DNA of 64,000 nucleotides from Escherichia coli (GTDB lineage Bacteria; Pseudomonadota; Gammaproteobacteria; Enterobacterales; Enterobacteriaceae): NCBI RefSeq assembly GCF_036507355.1, contig NZ_AP027877.1; one strand, 5' to 3'. Shown piece by piece: positions 44,818 to 56,545 of this stretch (position 1 is its first letter; each line of letters starts with the position of its first letter). The notes under the pieces were generated by a model. It saw only the letters and a program-made list of their open reading frames with translations, ran no database searches and was not told where the DNA came from. The position numbers and the translations under genes were made by a program.

Positions 44818-46998
44818 ATGCTGCGATGGATTCGCTATATAACGCTAATCGTTATTTCTGGTGCTGCTTATGCGGCACCGGAGATAAATATTAAGCAAAG
44901 CGAATCTTCATTACCTGATCTGGCAAGCGAAACGGCTCAACAAGAGGAACAAAGTAACAAAGGCAAATCTTTCAAGGAACGTGGTGCCAATTACGTTACC
45001 GAGTCCGCCCATCAGGGCTTTGAGAACCTGACTCCAGAAGCTCTTGAATCCCAGGCGAGAAGCTATCTGCAAGGGCAAATCACATCATCTGCACAGTCTT
45101 ATATTGAAGGTGCGCTTTCTCCTTATGGTAAAGTTCGCTCTAACCTTTCCATCGGTCAGGGTGGCGATCTGGACGGCAGTTCGATCGACTATTTTGTTCC
45201 CTGGTATGACAATCAGAGCACAGTCTATTTCAGTCAGTTTTCTGCGCAACGAAAAGAAGAACGCACGATAGGTAATATAGGTTTAGGTGTAAGACATAAT
45301 TTTGATAAATGGCTTCTGGGGGGGAATATATTTTATGATTATGATTTCACCCGCGGACATCGCCGTTTAGGCTTAGGAACAGAAGCCTGGACGGATTATT
45401 TAAAATTTTCTGGTAACTATTATCATCCGCTTTCAGAGTGGAAAGATTCAAAAGATTTTGATTTCTATTTAGAACGACCCGCACGTGGCTGGGATGTCCG
45501 GGCGGAAGCCTGGCTACCTTCTTATCCTCAGCTGGGGAGCAAAATTGTTTTCGAGCAATATTATGGTGACGAAGTGGCGCTCATCGGCACCGATAATTTA
45601 GAAAAAGATCCCTATGCAGTGACGCTTGGCGTGAACTATCAACCCGTTCCGTTACTGACGGTCGGGACGGATTATAAAGCAGGTACCGGAGATAACAGTG
45701 ATCTTAGCGTTAACGCCACGATTAACTATCAGTTCGGTGTTCCGCTAAAAGATCAACTGAATAGCGATAACGTCAAAGCAGCTCACTCGCTGATGGGCAG
45801 CCGCCATGACTTTGTTGAGCGCAATAATTTTATTGTTCTGGAATATAAAGAAAAAGATCCTCTCGACGTTACGTTGTGGCTGAAGGCTGACGCCACCAAT
45901 GAACACCCGGATTGTGTCATCAAGGACACCCCCGAAGCTGCGGTAGGGCTGGAAAAATGTAAGTGGACAATCAATGCGCTAATCAACCATCACTATAAGA
46001 TTGTCGTCGCCTCGTGGCAGGCGAAAAACAACGCTGCGCGTACGCTGGTGATGCCGGTTATCAAAGAAAATACCATCACGGAAGGGTACAACAACCACTG
46101 GAATCTGGTGCTGCCAGCCTGGCAGTACAGCTCTGATCCCGCCGAACAGGAAAAACTCAATACCTGGCGCGTGCGTCTGGCGCTGGAAGATGAAAAAGGC
46201 AACCGGCAAAACTCCGGCGTGGTGGAAATCACCGTTCAGCAGGATCGCAAAATTGAACTGATCGTCAACAACATTGCGGATGTGCCGGATGAAAACAATC
46301 ACAGTCATGAAGCCAGCGCTCAGGCGGATGGCGTCGATGGCGTGGTGATGGAGCTCGATGTTACCGATAGCTTTGGTGATGACACCGACCGTAACGGTAA
46401 TGCGCTGCCAGAAAATGGCCTGAGTCCGCAGCTTTACGATGCTCAGGATAAAAAAGTCACCCTCACCAATAAAGCCTGCTCGACCGATAACCCGTGCGTC
46501 TTTATCGCGAAGCAAGATAAAGAGAAAGGAACCGTCACCCTCTCCAGTACTTTGCCCGGCACCTTCCGCTGGAAAGCAAAGGCCGCGCCGTATGACGATA
46601 GTAACTATGTCGATGTGACTTTCCTCGGGGCGGGGGGCAATGACGTTAATGCCTTTATCTACCGTGTATCTGCGACTAAACCTGTCAACCTTATTGATAA
46701 CGACAAAGAACATTTGCCGGTGGATAACGCCTACCGTTTTGTCTTATGGCGTGATGCCAACAAAGATGGCGTTTTCCAGCAGTCGGAAAAACTGACGGAA
46801 GAAGAAATGGCGCAATACGACTACCAGTGGGAATTTACCGGACACAGCGTCAATGGCTACACCGGTGCGCAATCGAATACCAGTAATGAAGATATTGTCA
46901 TCCCTGCCACTAACGAGGAAGCGGTACAGAAATTTGGTGCCCAAAAAGAGGATGGCGTGCAGGGGTATGGATTACGTGTGGTTTACAGCAAGCACTAG
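44818..46998 (+). CDS. sinH: Intimin/invasin-family inverse autotransporter, SinH-like
   Basis: 726-aa ORF: signal peptide, inverse-autotransporter beta-barrel region, Ig-like passenger domains; position between yfgJ and xseA as in the Salmonella CS54 island. Confidence 0.8.
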   Translation: MLRWIRYITLIVISGAAYAAPEINIKQSESSLPDLASETAQQEEQSNKGKSFKERGANYVTESAHQGFENLTPEALESQARSYLQGQITSSAQSYIEGALSPYGKVRSNLSIGQGGDLDGSSIDYFVPWYDNQSTVYFSQFSAQRKEERTIGNIGLGVRHNFDKWLLGGNIFYDYDFTRGHRRLGLGTEAWTDYLKFSGNYYHPLSEWKDSKDFDFYLERPARGWDVRAEAWLPSYPQLGSKIVFEQYYGDEVALIGTDNLEKDPYAVTLGVNYQPVPLLTVGTDYKAGTGDNSDLSVNATINYQFGVPLKDQLNSDNVKAAHSLMGSRHDFVERNNFIVLEYKEKDPLDVTLWLKADATNEHPDCVIKDTPEAAVGLEKCKWTINALINHHYKIVVASWQAKNNAARTLVMPVIKENTITEGYNNHWNLVLPAWQYSSDPAEQEKLNTWRVRLALEDEKGNRQNSGVVEITVQQDRKIELIVNNIADVPDENNHSHEASAQADGVDGVVMELDVTDSFGDDTDRNGNALPENGLSPQLYDAQDKKVTLTNKACSTDNPCVFIAKQDKEKGTVTLSSTLPGTFRWKAKAAPYDDSNYVDVTFLGAGGNDVNAFIYRVSATKPVNLIDNDKEHLPVDNAYRFVLWRDANKDGVFQQSEKLTEEEMAQYDYQWEFTGHSVNGYTGAQSNTSNEDIVIPATNEEAVQKFGAQKEDGVQGYGLRVVYSKH

Positions 46999-47053
46999 AT
47001 CGGCGTAATGGCCGATCGGCCAGCCGCTGGAAATTAATCAAGGAGAGAGTTGA

Positions 47054-48019
47054 ATGAAACACTATTTAAAGCGACCGATGACTAAAGTCGTGCTGGCGCT
47101 GGCTTTAGCGGGATACTGCGCAGTGCCTGCTGCTATGGCAGAAGGGCAGGGCAACCTTAGGGCGGGTCAGTGGCAATCAGAGACAGAAACTACCGGAACG
47201 ATTCAGGGTACAGTGCCGTGGATCACTCGTAGCGCGACGGAAATCACCGATGCTGATAAATCTCATGTGTCCATTACCGTTGATCGTGGCGGACGTTCTG
47301 CTTCAACCGATGGCGAGAAGCAATTTCATATTGGTGACAAGTTAACTGCAAACTGGGCCATTGGCGATACCCAGGGCGACCTTGACGACAACAACACTGC
47401 AACCAAAGCGACGCTGCAATGGATGAGCTATAGCGACCAGGCGGGGGGTGATCCGAAAGAGATCGGTACAACGGGCAGTGACACCTATACCATTGCCGCA
47501 GCGGATGCCGATCGCTACATCGGTTTGAAAATTACCCCGACCACCACGACCGGTGATCCTAACGTTGCAGAACAACTGATCCTGTTAGACCTCTCCACCA
47601 ACGCGGGCGGTGGTTCTGACAGCGATGATATTCCGGAAGGTCCGGTATTTGACGATGCGGTTAAAGTTGTCATTCATGAGCAGGGTGTTAACACCAACCT
47701 GCTGGGCAAAGAAACCAAACTCAAAACCAATACCACTTATCAGGTCATGCTGTGGAAAGATAAAAACAGCAACGGCTCCTACGACACTGGCGAAGAGGTT
47801 ACCAGCCAGTACAACTACCGCTGGCGCTTTACCGGTACCAGTCTGCAACTGCGTACCAACGGCGGGATTGTCAACCCGAGCTACAACAACAGCGACCTGG
47901 TTATCCCAGTTACCAACGCCGAAGCGAAAACTGCGTTCGACTACAGCGAAGGTGGCCTCACCCTTGGCGCGGATGGTGTTCAGGGCTACGGTTTGTCCAT
48001 CGATTACCAGAGAAAATAA
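47054..48019 (+). CDS. sinI: SinI-like secreted protein; C-terminal domain paralogous to the SinH C-terminus
   Basis: 321-aa ORF with signal peptide and AGGAGAG SD; C-terminal ~100 aa align with the SinH C-terminus (ends GVQGYGLSIDYQRK versus GVQGYGLRVVYSKH). Confidence 0.65.
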   Translation: MKHYLKRPMTKVVLALALAGYCAVPAAMAEGQGNLRAGQWQSETETTGTIQGTVPWITRSATEITDADKSHVSITVDRGGRSASTDGEKQFHIGDKLTANWAIGDTQGDLDDNNTATKATLQWMSYSDQAGGDPKEIGTTGSDTYTIAAADADRYIGLKITPTTTTGDPNVAEQLILLDLSTNAGGGSDSDDIPEGPVFDDAVKVVIHEQGVNTNLLGKETKLKTNTTYQVMLWKDKNSNGSYDTGEEVTSQYNYRWRFTGTSLQLRTNGGIVNPSYNNSDLVIPVTNAEAKTAFDYSEGGLTLGADGVQGYGLSIDYQRK

Positions 48020-48076
48020 TCTTTACCAGCACCATTCCCGCAAGGGAATGGTCAGATTGATGACAAAGGCAAAACT

Positions 48077-48176
48077 GCCTGATGTGCTTCGCTTATCAGG
48101 CCTACATGGTTCCTGCAATGTATTGAATTTGCACGATTTTGTAGGTCGGATAAGGCGTTAACGCCGCATCCGGCAT
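48077..48176. repeat. REP cluster (two palindromic units)
   Basis: gcctgatgtgcttcgcttatcaggcctac ... gtaggtcggataaggcgttaacgccgcatccggcat. Confidence 0.8.
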
Positions 48177-48190
48177 GAATAACGCGCACT

Positions 48191-49573
48191 TTGTCAACAA
48201 TCTGGTCATTTCAGCAAGGGAATGGTGCTTCTCCGCACACTTTGCTTACGGCGACGCTTGCACGTGAAACAGGGGTAAAGTCAGATCTCGACCTGATGTA
48301 TACCGTAGTAACAAGCCCGGATACGCCAAAAGCCAACTTCTGGGGACATATGCCAGAAACGGTAAGCTCAGCAGACGGAACGCAGTTTGAGCGGATGAAA
48401 CTGTGGGCCGAAATGGGGGCAACCAGCGGTGGCGGTTATTCGCTCACTAAAGTGAATATAAATAATGAAAGCTGGCCTGCGCCATATATTACCCAGCGAT
48501 ATTTGCCGGAGCTTATCCCTTGTGAAAGCGCACGATATCCATCATTGGATGAGCTTCAATCTTTATACAACCGCTATCCGAATGGCTCTATCGTCAATGA
48601 GATTGGCTGGCCGGTGAAACAGAATAGCTATGTGTGGTGGACAAATGCAGATTGTCCTGCGGGCGCGAATTCTTGTGAATCATTTGACTTCAACACAGGT
48701 CAACTTGTGACTGTATCTAAAAGCCGCGCCTTCCAGGCGTGCCTGGTGCACCCTCACTCAACGGTTTCTACCGTCACCCTGACGTCAACGGCATTTGACT
48801 CCACCGCTCAGGCGGCGAAAGTGAAGAAGGGCGAGGCAATGCCAGTCACCGTGACGGTGAAAGACAGCGCCGGGAAACCTGTGCCAAATGTGGCGTTTAC
48901 TCTGCGACGTGGTGATGCCTCTCCGCGTAATAGTGGGGCGACGCTATATGGCGATGTGGCGGCTATGGATGATATTACCATCCAGCCATCATCGGGGGCG
49001 GCTACCCTATTGGCGGTTAGTGGGAACGAGATCAGTGGCGTGACGGGGGCAGACGGCACGGCAAACTTTACTGTTCGTCAGGACAATACGCCGGGTTATA
49101 AAATGCCGCTGACGGTAACGCTGGATAAATACCCAACAGTGACTGCAATGATGGACACTATTTTCACCGTATTGACCAGCCCAAATGTATCTTCTGCTCA
49201 CTTCTGGGGGCATATGGCAGACACGGCAGTGGTGAATGGAAAAACATTACATCGACCGATACTGACAACTGAATTACCGTCCGGGGCCAATCCCGTATCC
49301 TCACCGATTATTAACTACGAAAACTGGGCTTCTGCGCATATTACTGATGCCAGCAAATGGGATATCTCGAAGCAGTGTGGAAATATAGAAAATGCACCGA
49401 CATACAATGAGTTAGAGACATTGTATACTGTGTTTAATTCGCTGGGATGGCCAGCTTCGCCAAGTTTCCCTTACTTGTCCTCTCAACGGTGTGGGATGGA
49501 CGAGAGCACTGGCACAGAGGATTGTAGTATCACGTTAGCCAATAAACCTGGTCTGGTTACTTGTTTCCAGTGA
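48191..49573 (+). pseudogene. Ig-like (Big) domain protein fragment with an internal ~150-aa domain duplication; no canonical start; likely remnant of a rat/invasin-like gene
   Basis: 460-codon frame opens at a TTG with no SD, first ATG is 35 codons in with no SD, no signal peptide; Big-like central domain flanked by two homologous Cys-containing domains (FWGHM motifs). Confidence 0.45.
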
Positions 49574-49641
49574 CGAGGGGAGCGCATTTGGCGTAGCCTG
49601 GGCGCTATTGCCTAATGCGATGCTGGCGCCTTTTTTCCGGC

Positions 49642-51048
<1,407 letters not shown>

Positions 51049-51099
51049 TTATTCAGTCGATAGTAACCCGCCCTTCGGGGATAGCAAGCATTTTTTGCA

Positions 51100-51140
51100 A
51101 AAAGGGGTAGATGCAATCGGTTACGCTCTGTATAATGCCG
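51100..51140 (+). promoter_or_regulatory. guaBA promoter region
   Basis: Consensus TATAAT at 51131-51136 with weak -35; AT-rich upstream region; divergent from xseA. Confidence 0.5.
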
Positions 51141-51179
51141 CGGCAATATTTATTAACCACTCTGGTCGAGATATTGCCC

Positions 51180-52646
51180 ATGCTACGTATCGCTAAAGAA
51201 GCTCTGACGTTTGACGACGTTCTCCTCGTTCCTGCTCATTCTACCGTTCTGCCGAATACTGCTGACCTCAGCACCCAGCTGACGAAAACTATTCGTCTGA
51301 ATATCCCTATGCTTTCCGCAGCAATGGATACCGTAACGGAAGCGCGCCTGGCTATTGCTCTGGCTCAGGAAGGCGGTATCGGCTTTATCCACAAAAACAT
51401 GTCCATTGAACGCCAGGCAGAAGAAGTTCGCCGTGTGAAAAAACACGAATCTGGCGTGGTGACTGATCCGCAGACTGTTCTGCCAACCACGACGCTGCGC
51501 GAAGTGAAAGAACTGACCGAGCGTAACGGTTTTGCGGGCTATCCGGTCGTTACCGAAGAAAACGAACTGGTGGGTATTATCACCGGTCGTGACGTGCGTT
51601 TTGTTACCGACCTGAACCAGCCGGTTAGCGTTTACATGACGCCGAAAGAGCGTCTGGTCACCGTGCGTGAAGGTGAAGCCCGTGAAGTGGTGCTGGCAAA
51701 AATGCACGAAAAACGCGTTGAAAAAGCGCTGGTGGTTGATGACGAATTCCACCTGATCGGCATGATCACCGTGAAAGATTTCCAGAAAGCGGAACGTAAA
51801 CCGAACGCCTGTAAAGACGAGCAAGGCCGTCTGCGTGTTGGTGCTGCAGTTGGCGCAGGTGCGGGTAACGAAGAGCGTGTTGACGCGCTGGTTGCCGCTG
51901 GCGTTGACGTTCTGCTGATCGACTCCTCCCACGGTCACTCAGAAGGCGTTTTGCAGCGTATCCGTGAAACCCGTGCTAAATATCCGGATCTGCAAATCAT
52001 CGGCGGCAACGTGGCAACAGCTGCAGGTGCACGCGCTCTGGCAGAAGCTGGTTGCAGCGCGGTTAAAGTCGGTATCGGCCCTGGCTCTATCTGTACGACT
52101 CGTATCGTGACTGGCGTAGGTGTTCCGCAGATCACTGCCGTTGCTGACGCAGTTGAAGCGCTGGAAGGCACTGGCATTCCGGTTATCGCTGACGGCGGTA
52201 TCCGTTTCTCTGGCGACATCGCCAAAGCTATCGCCGCTGGCGCAAGCGCGGTAATGGTGGGTTCCATGCTGGCAGGTACTGAAGAATCTCCGGGTGAAAT
52301 TGAACTCTACCAGGGCCGTTCTTACAAATCTTACCGTGGGATGGGCTCTCTGGGCGCGATGTCCAAAGGTTCCTCTGACCGTTATTTCCAGAGCGATAAC
52401 GCTGCCGACAAACTGGTGCCGGAAGGTATCGAAGGTCGCGTAGCTTATAAAGGTCGCCTGAAAGAGATCATTCACCAGCAGATGGGCGGCCTGCGCTCCT
52501 GTATGGGTCTGACCGGCTGTGGTACTATCGACGAACTGCGTACTAAAGCGGAGTTTGTACGTATCAGCGGTGCGGGCATTCAGGAAAGCCACGTTCACGA
52601 CGTGACCATTACTAAAGAGTCCCCGAACTACCGTCTGGGCTCCTGA
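51180..52646 (+). CDS. guaB: IMP dehydrogenase
   Basis: Start [14 protein letters not shown] (488 aa); CBS pair; catalytic loop [11 protein letters not shown]. Confidence 0.97.
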
Positions 52647-52714
52647 TTCTCTTCGCCCGACTTCATGTCGGGCGATTTATATTATCTGTTTCACTTGCCT
52701 CGGAATAAGCGTCA

Positions 52715-54292
52715 ATGACGGAAAACATTCATAAGCATCGCATCCTCATTCTGGACTTCGGTTCTCAGTACACTCAACTGGTTGCGCGCCGCGTGCGTGA
52801 GCTGGGTGTTTACTGCGAACTGTGGGCGTGGGATGTGACAGAAGCACAAATTCGTGACTTCAATCCAAGCGGCATTATTCTTTCCGGCGGCCCGGAAAGT
52901 ACTACTGAAGAAAACAGTCCGCGTGCGCCGCAGTATGTCTTTGAAGCAGGCGTACCGGTATTCGGCGTTTGCTATGGCATGCAGACCATGGCAATGCAGT
53001 TGGGCGGTCACGTTGAAGCCTCTAACGAACGTGAATTTGGCTACGCGCAGGTTGAAGTCGTAAACGACAGCGCACTGGTTCGCGGTATCGAAGATGCGCT
53101 GACCGCAGACGGTAAACCGCTGCTCGATGTCTGGATGAGCCACGGCGATAAAGTTACCGCTATCCCGTCCGACTTCATCACCGTAGCCAGCACCGAAAGC
53201 TGCCCGTTTGCCATTATGGCTAACGAAGAAAAACGCTTCTATGGCGTACAGTTCCACCCGGAAGTGACTCACACCCGCCAGGGTATGCGCATGCTGGAGC
53301 GTTTTGTGCGTGATATCTGCCAGTGTGAAGCCCTGTGGACGCCAGCGAAAATTATCGACGATGCTGTAGCTCGCATCCGCGAGCAGGTAGGCGACGATAA
53401 AGTCATCCTCGGCCTCTCTGGTGGTGTGGATTCCTCCGTAACCGCAATGCTGCTGCACCGCGCTATCGGTAAAAACCTGACTTGCGTATTCGTCGACAAC
53501 GGCCTGCTGCGTCTCAACGAAGCAGAGCAGGTTCTGGATATGTTTGGCGATCACTTTGGTCTTAACATTGTTCACGTACCGGCAGAAGATCGCTTCCTGT
53601 CAGCGCTGGCTGGCGAAAACGATCCGGAAGCAAAACGTAAAATCATCGGTCGCGTTTTCGTTGAAGTATTCGATGAAGAAGCGCTGAAACTGGAGGACGT
53701 GAAGTGGCTGGCGCAGGGCACCATCTACCCTGACGTTATCGAATCTGCGGCGTCTGCAACCGGTAAAGCACACGTCATCAAATCTCACCACAACGTGGGC
53801 GGCCTGCCGAAAGAGATGAAGATGGGCCTGGTTGAACCGCTGAAAGAGCTGTTCAAAGACGAAGTGCGTAAGATTGGTCTGGAGCTGGGTCTACCGTACG
53901 ACATGCTGTACCGTCACCCGTTCCCGGGACCAGGCCTTGGCGTTCGTGTTCTGGGTGAAGTGAAGAAAGAGTATTGTGACCTGCTGCGCCGTGCTGACGC
54001 CATCTTCATTGAAGAACTGCGTAAAGCGGACCTGTACGACAAAGTCAGCCAGGCGTTCACCGTCTTCCTGCCAGTACGTTCCGTTGGCGTAATGGGCGAT
54101 GGTCGTAAGTATGACTGGGTTGTCTCTCTGCGTGCTGTCGAAACCATCGACTTTATGACCGCACACTGGGCGCATCTGCCGTACGATTTCCTCGGTCGCG
54201 TTTCCAACCGCATTATCAATGAAGTGAACGGTATTTCCCGCGTGGTGTATGACATCAGCGGCAAGCCGCCAGCTACCATTGAGTGGGAATGA
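52715..54292 (+). CDS. guaA: GMP synthase (glutamine-hydrolysing)
   Basis: 525-aa ORF, GATase catalytic Cys (GVCYGMQ), ATP-PPase motif SGGVDSS. Confidence 0.97.
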
Positions 54293-54314
54293 TTTGACCC
54301 TGCACTATGAATGA

Positions 54315-54350
54315 ACAAAACCCTCTGTTACTACAGAGGGTTTTTTATCT
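54315..54350. terminator. Bidirectional rho-independent terminator between convergent guaA and yfgI
   Basis: aaaaccctctg ... cagagggtttttt hairpin with A-run 5' and T-run 3'. Confidence 0.7.
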
Positions 54351-54384
54351 TCAAGAATCATAGGCTTGAAGTTAGTAACATCGA

Positions 54385-54924
54385 TTAATTAAACCAGCTG
54401 TCCGATTTGTTCTCTTCTGCTTTGCCCACGCTTTTCATCAGATCGCGACCGCCTTCAGTCATATTTCTGTTGGCGTCAGCTTCAGATTGCACCACATCGG
54501 TTTGCGCAGCTTTGTGCTTCAGTTCCTGATCGATAAATTCGTTTTCGCGCTTAACGCGGGCTTCTTCTTTCGCCAGCGCCAGTTTTTGTTTCTGAATCTC
54601 TAAGCTGCGTAGCTCATCTTCATAACTTTGATCGCGTTTTTTGTCCGCAGTGGCTTCGGCGTCCAGTTTATCCTGACGAGCTTTCTTATTTGCCGCTGCC
54701 GTTGCCGCTCTTTTGTTAGCGGCGGCCTGGGCATTTGCGCGACGTTGCTTCTCTTGCTGGATTTCCCTGTTGCGCTCCGCGACCCATTCGTCATGCTGCC
54801 TTTGCTCTTCATTTTTACCTTGCTGTTCCGCTTCTGCGACAGCAGAGAGTTGATCCTGCAATGATGAGGCGATAGCCGGATAGCTTAAGGAGGCTAAGAT
54901 GGCGCAAAGAAAAACTTTCTTCAT
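54385..54924 (-). CDS. yfgI: Periplasmic coiled-coil protein YfgI
   Basis: 179-aa ORF with signal peptide, Ala/Lys/Glu-rich. Confidence 0.85.
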   Translation of the reverse strand: MKKVFLCAILASLSYPAIASSLQDQLSAVAEAEQQGKNEEQRQHDEWVAERNREIQQEKQRRANAQAAANKRAATAAANKKARQDKLDAEATADKKRDQSYEDELRSLEIQKQKLALAKEEARVKRENEFIDQELKHKAAQTDVVQSEADANRNMTEGGRDLMKSVGKAEENKSDSWFN

Positions 54925-54939
54925 AACTCCTCCTGATTA

Positions 54940-55458
54940 TTAGCTCTTTTCAGGACATTTGGTATTTGGCTGAATACGCGTTTCGTTATACGTCGTGGTA
55001 ATAACAACGGCTAAACCTGTCGTAAACTGGCACTCTTTACCCACCTGGGTAGAGGTATACACTTTGGTGCCTTCCTTATACGTTAAAGAAACACCTTCCA
55101 CTAAGGTTTTATCATTCACCATAGAACCCGCTGCCGCGCCTACAGCTCCGCCGCCAACTGCACCTGCCGTCGTTCCGGAATTGCTGCCAGACCCGACGTT
55201 GTGGCCGATAACACCGCCAGCGACTGCGCCAATAAGCGCGCCGAAGGCTTGTGCGTTCCGTTTATTTTGGGAGTTGTCTACGGCAACTTTTGCGGGAAGA
55301 ATGGAAATAATATTAACGGTTTTAGTTTCTTGTTTGGTATTCAGTTGATCAGTTTGATAAACATCGGCGGCATGATCGTCAGCATTTGACTGGCATCCTG
55401 CCAGAGTGAATGACGCTAACATTACTACAGGCAGAAGATATTTTTTAAATTTCATCAC
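54940..55458 (-). CDS. yfgH: Outer-membrane lipoprotein YfgH (glycine-zipper)
   Basis: 172-aa ORF with lipobox LAGC and Gly-zipper (GALIGAVAGGVIG); GTG at 55458 or ATG at 55455. Confidence 0.85.
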   Translation of the reverse strand: MMKFKKYLLPVVMLASFTLAGCQSNADDHAADVYQTDQLNTKQETKTVNIISILPAKVAVDNSQNKRNAQAFGALIGAVAGGVIGHNVGSGSNSGTTAGAVGGGAVGAAAGSMVNDKTLVEGVSLTYKEGTKVYTSTQVGKECQFTTGLAVVITTTYNETRIQPNTKCPEKS

Positions 55459-55484
55459 TATTCCTTGTTGGTAATGACTCCAAC

Positions 55485-55988
55485 TTATTGATAGTGTTTT
55501 ATGTTCAGATAATGCCCGATGACTTTGTCATGCAGCTCCACCGATTTTGAGAACGACAGCGACTTCCGTCCCAGCCGTGCCAGGTGCTGCCTCAGATTCA
55601 GGTTATGCCGCTCAATTCGCTGCGTATATCGCTTGCTGATTACGTGCAGCTTTCCCTTCAGGCGGGATTCATACAGCGGCCAGCCATCCGTCATCCATAT
55701 CACCACGTCAAAGGGTGACAGCAGGCTCATAAGACGCCCCAGCGTCGCCATCGTGCGTTCACCGAATACGTGCGCAACAACCGTCTTCCGGAGCCTGTCA
55801 TACGCGTAAAACAGCCAGCGCTGGCGCGATTTAGCCCCGACATAGCCCCACTGTTCGTCCATTTCCGCGCAGACGATGACGTCACTGCCCGGCTGTATGC
55901 GCGAGGTTACCGACTGCGGCCTGAGTTTTTTAAGTGACGTAAAATCGTGTTGAGGCCAACGCCCATAATGCGGGCTGTTGCCCGGCAT
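55485..55988 (-). CDS. insB: IS1 InsB (transposase C-terminal part; expressed as InsAB' by -1 frameshift)
   Basis: 167-aa ORF matching IS1 InsB ([24 protein letters not shown]...). Confidence 0.93.
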
Positions 55989-56182
55989 CCAACGCCATTC
56001 ATGGCCATATCAATGATTTTCTGGTGCGTACCGGGTTGAGAAGCGGTGTAAGTGAACTGCAGTTGCCATGTTTTACGGCAGTGAGAGCAGAGATAGCGCT
56101 GATGTCCGGCGGTGCTTTTGCCGTTACGCACCACCCCGTCAGTAGCTGAACAGGAGGGACAGCTGATAGAAACAGAAGCCAC
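55907..56182 (-). CDS. insA: IS1 InsA (transposition repressor / transposase N-terminal part)
   Basis: 91-aa ORF with zinc-finger Cys (CPSCS...CSHC). Confidence 0.93.
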
Positions 56183-56545
56183 TGGAGCACCTCAAAAACA
56201 CCATCATACACTAAATCAGTAAGTTGGCAGCATCACCTTCCTTGTTATACACATTACGAAAAATAAGACATTTAAGATCATCAAAAGAGGAAAGTAAATG
56301 TATTGCGTATAAAGGGATAGATTAAATTTATTAAAATTCACGCAGGGAATAATTTATAAAAATATATCATTACAACATATATATTAATTTTATGTTTATT
56401 TCGCAGCCAAACAGGATAAACATCAGTCAGGACAAAGACGTAAAATTTAAGATGAAAGAATATCTGCCGCTTTGATAATCCCAAAGAGCAAAAGCATCCG
56501 ACAGCGAAGTGCCGTTATGTTCTGTGAAAGTGGAGAAGGTAACCG

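Larger units (their letters stand above)
55470..56237 (-). mobile_element. IS1 insertion sequence, complete 768 bp, flanked by 9-bp direct repeat TTCCTTGTT
   Basis: Terminal inverted repeats GGTAATGACTCCAACTT ... AAGTTGGCAGCATCACC; insA and insB ORFs; target-site duplication at 55461-55469 and 56238-56246. Confidence 0.95.

Noticed and set aside
45979-46713. 244-aa minus-strand ORF inside the island
   Set aside because: Antisense to sinH with no signals; sinH has clear domain architecture.
47610-48161. 183-aa plus-strand ORF overlapping the sinI 3' half and the REP cluster
   Set aside because: It is an alternative frame of sinI running into REP sequence, Pro/Thr/Ala-rich, with no SD. The MTKAKLP segment after the sinI stop was considered as a possible start of the downstream fragment but is in a different frame and ends in the REP.
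49574-49641. Possible terminator or REP remnant between the Ig-like fragment and xseA
   Set aside because: Only a short GGCGC/GCGCC stem with a T6 run and a partial REP-like ccggcctac; too weak to annotate confidently.
51183-52598. Two long minus-strand ORFs (251 and 219 aa)
   Set aside because: Antisense to guaB; no independent start signals.
52712-53575. 287-aa minus-strand ORF
   Set aside because: Antisense to guaA.
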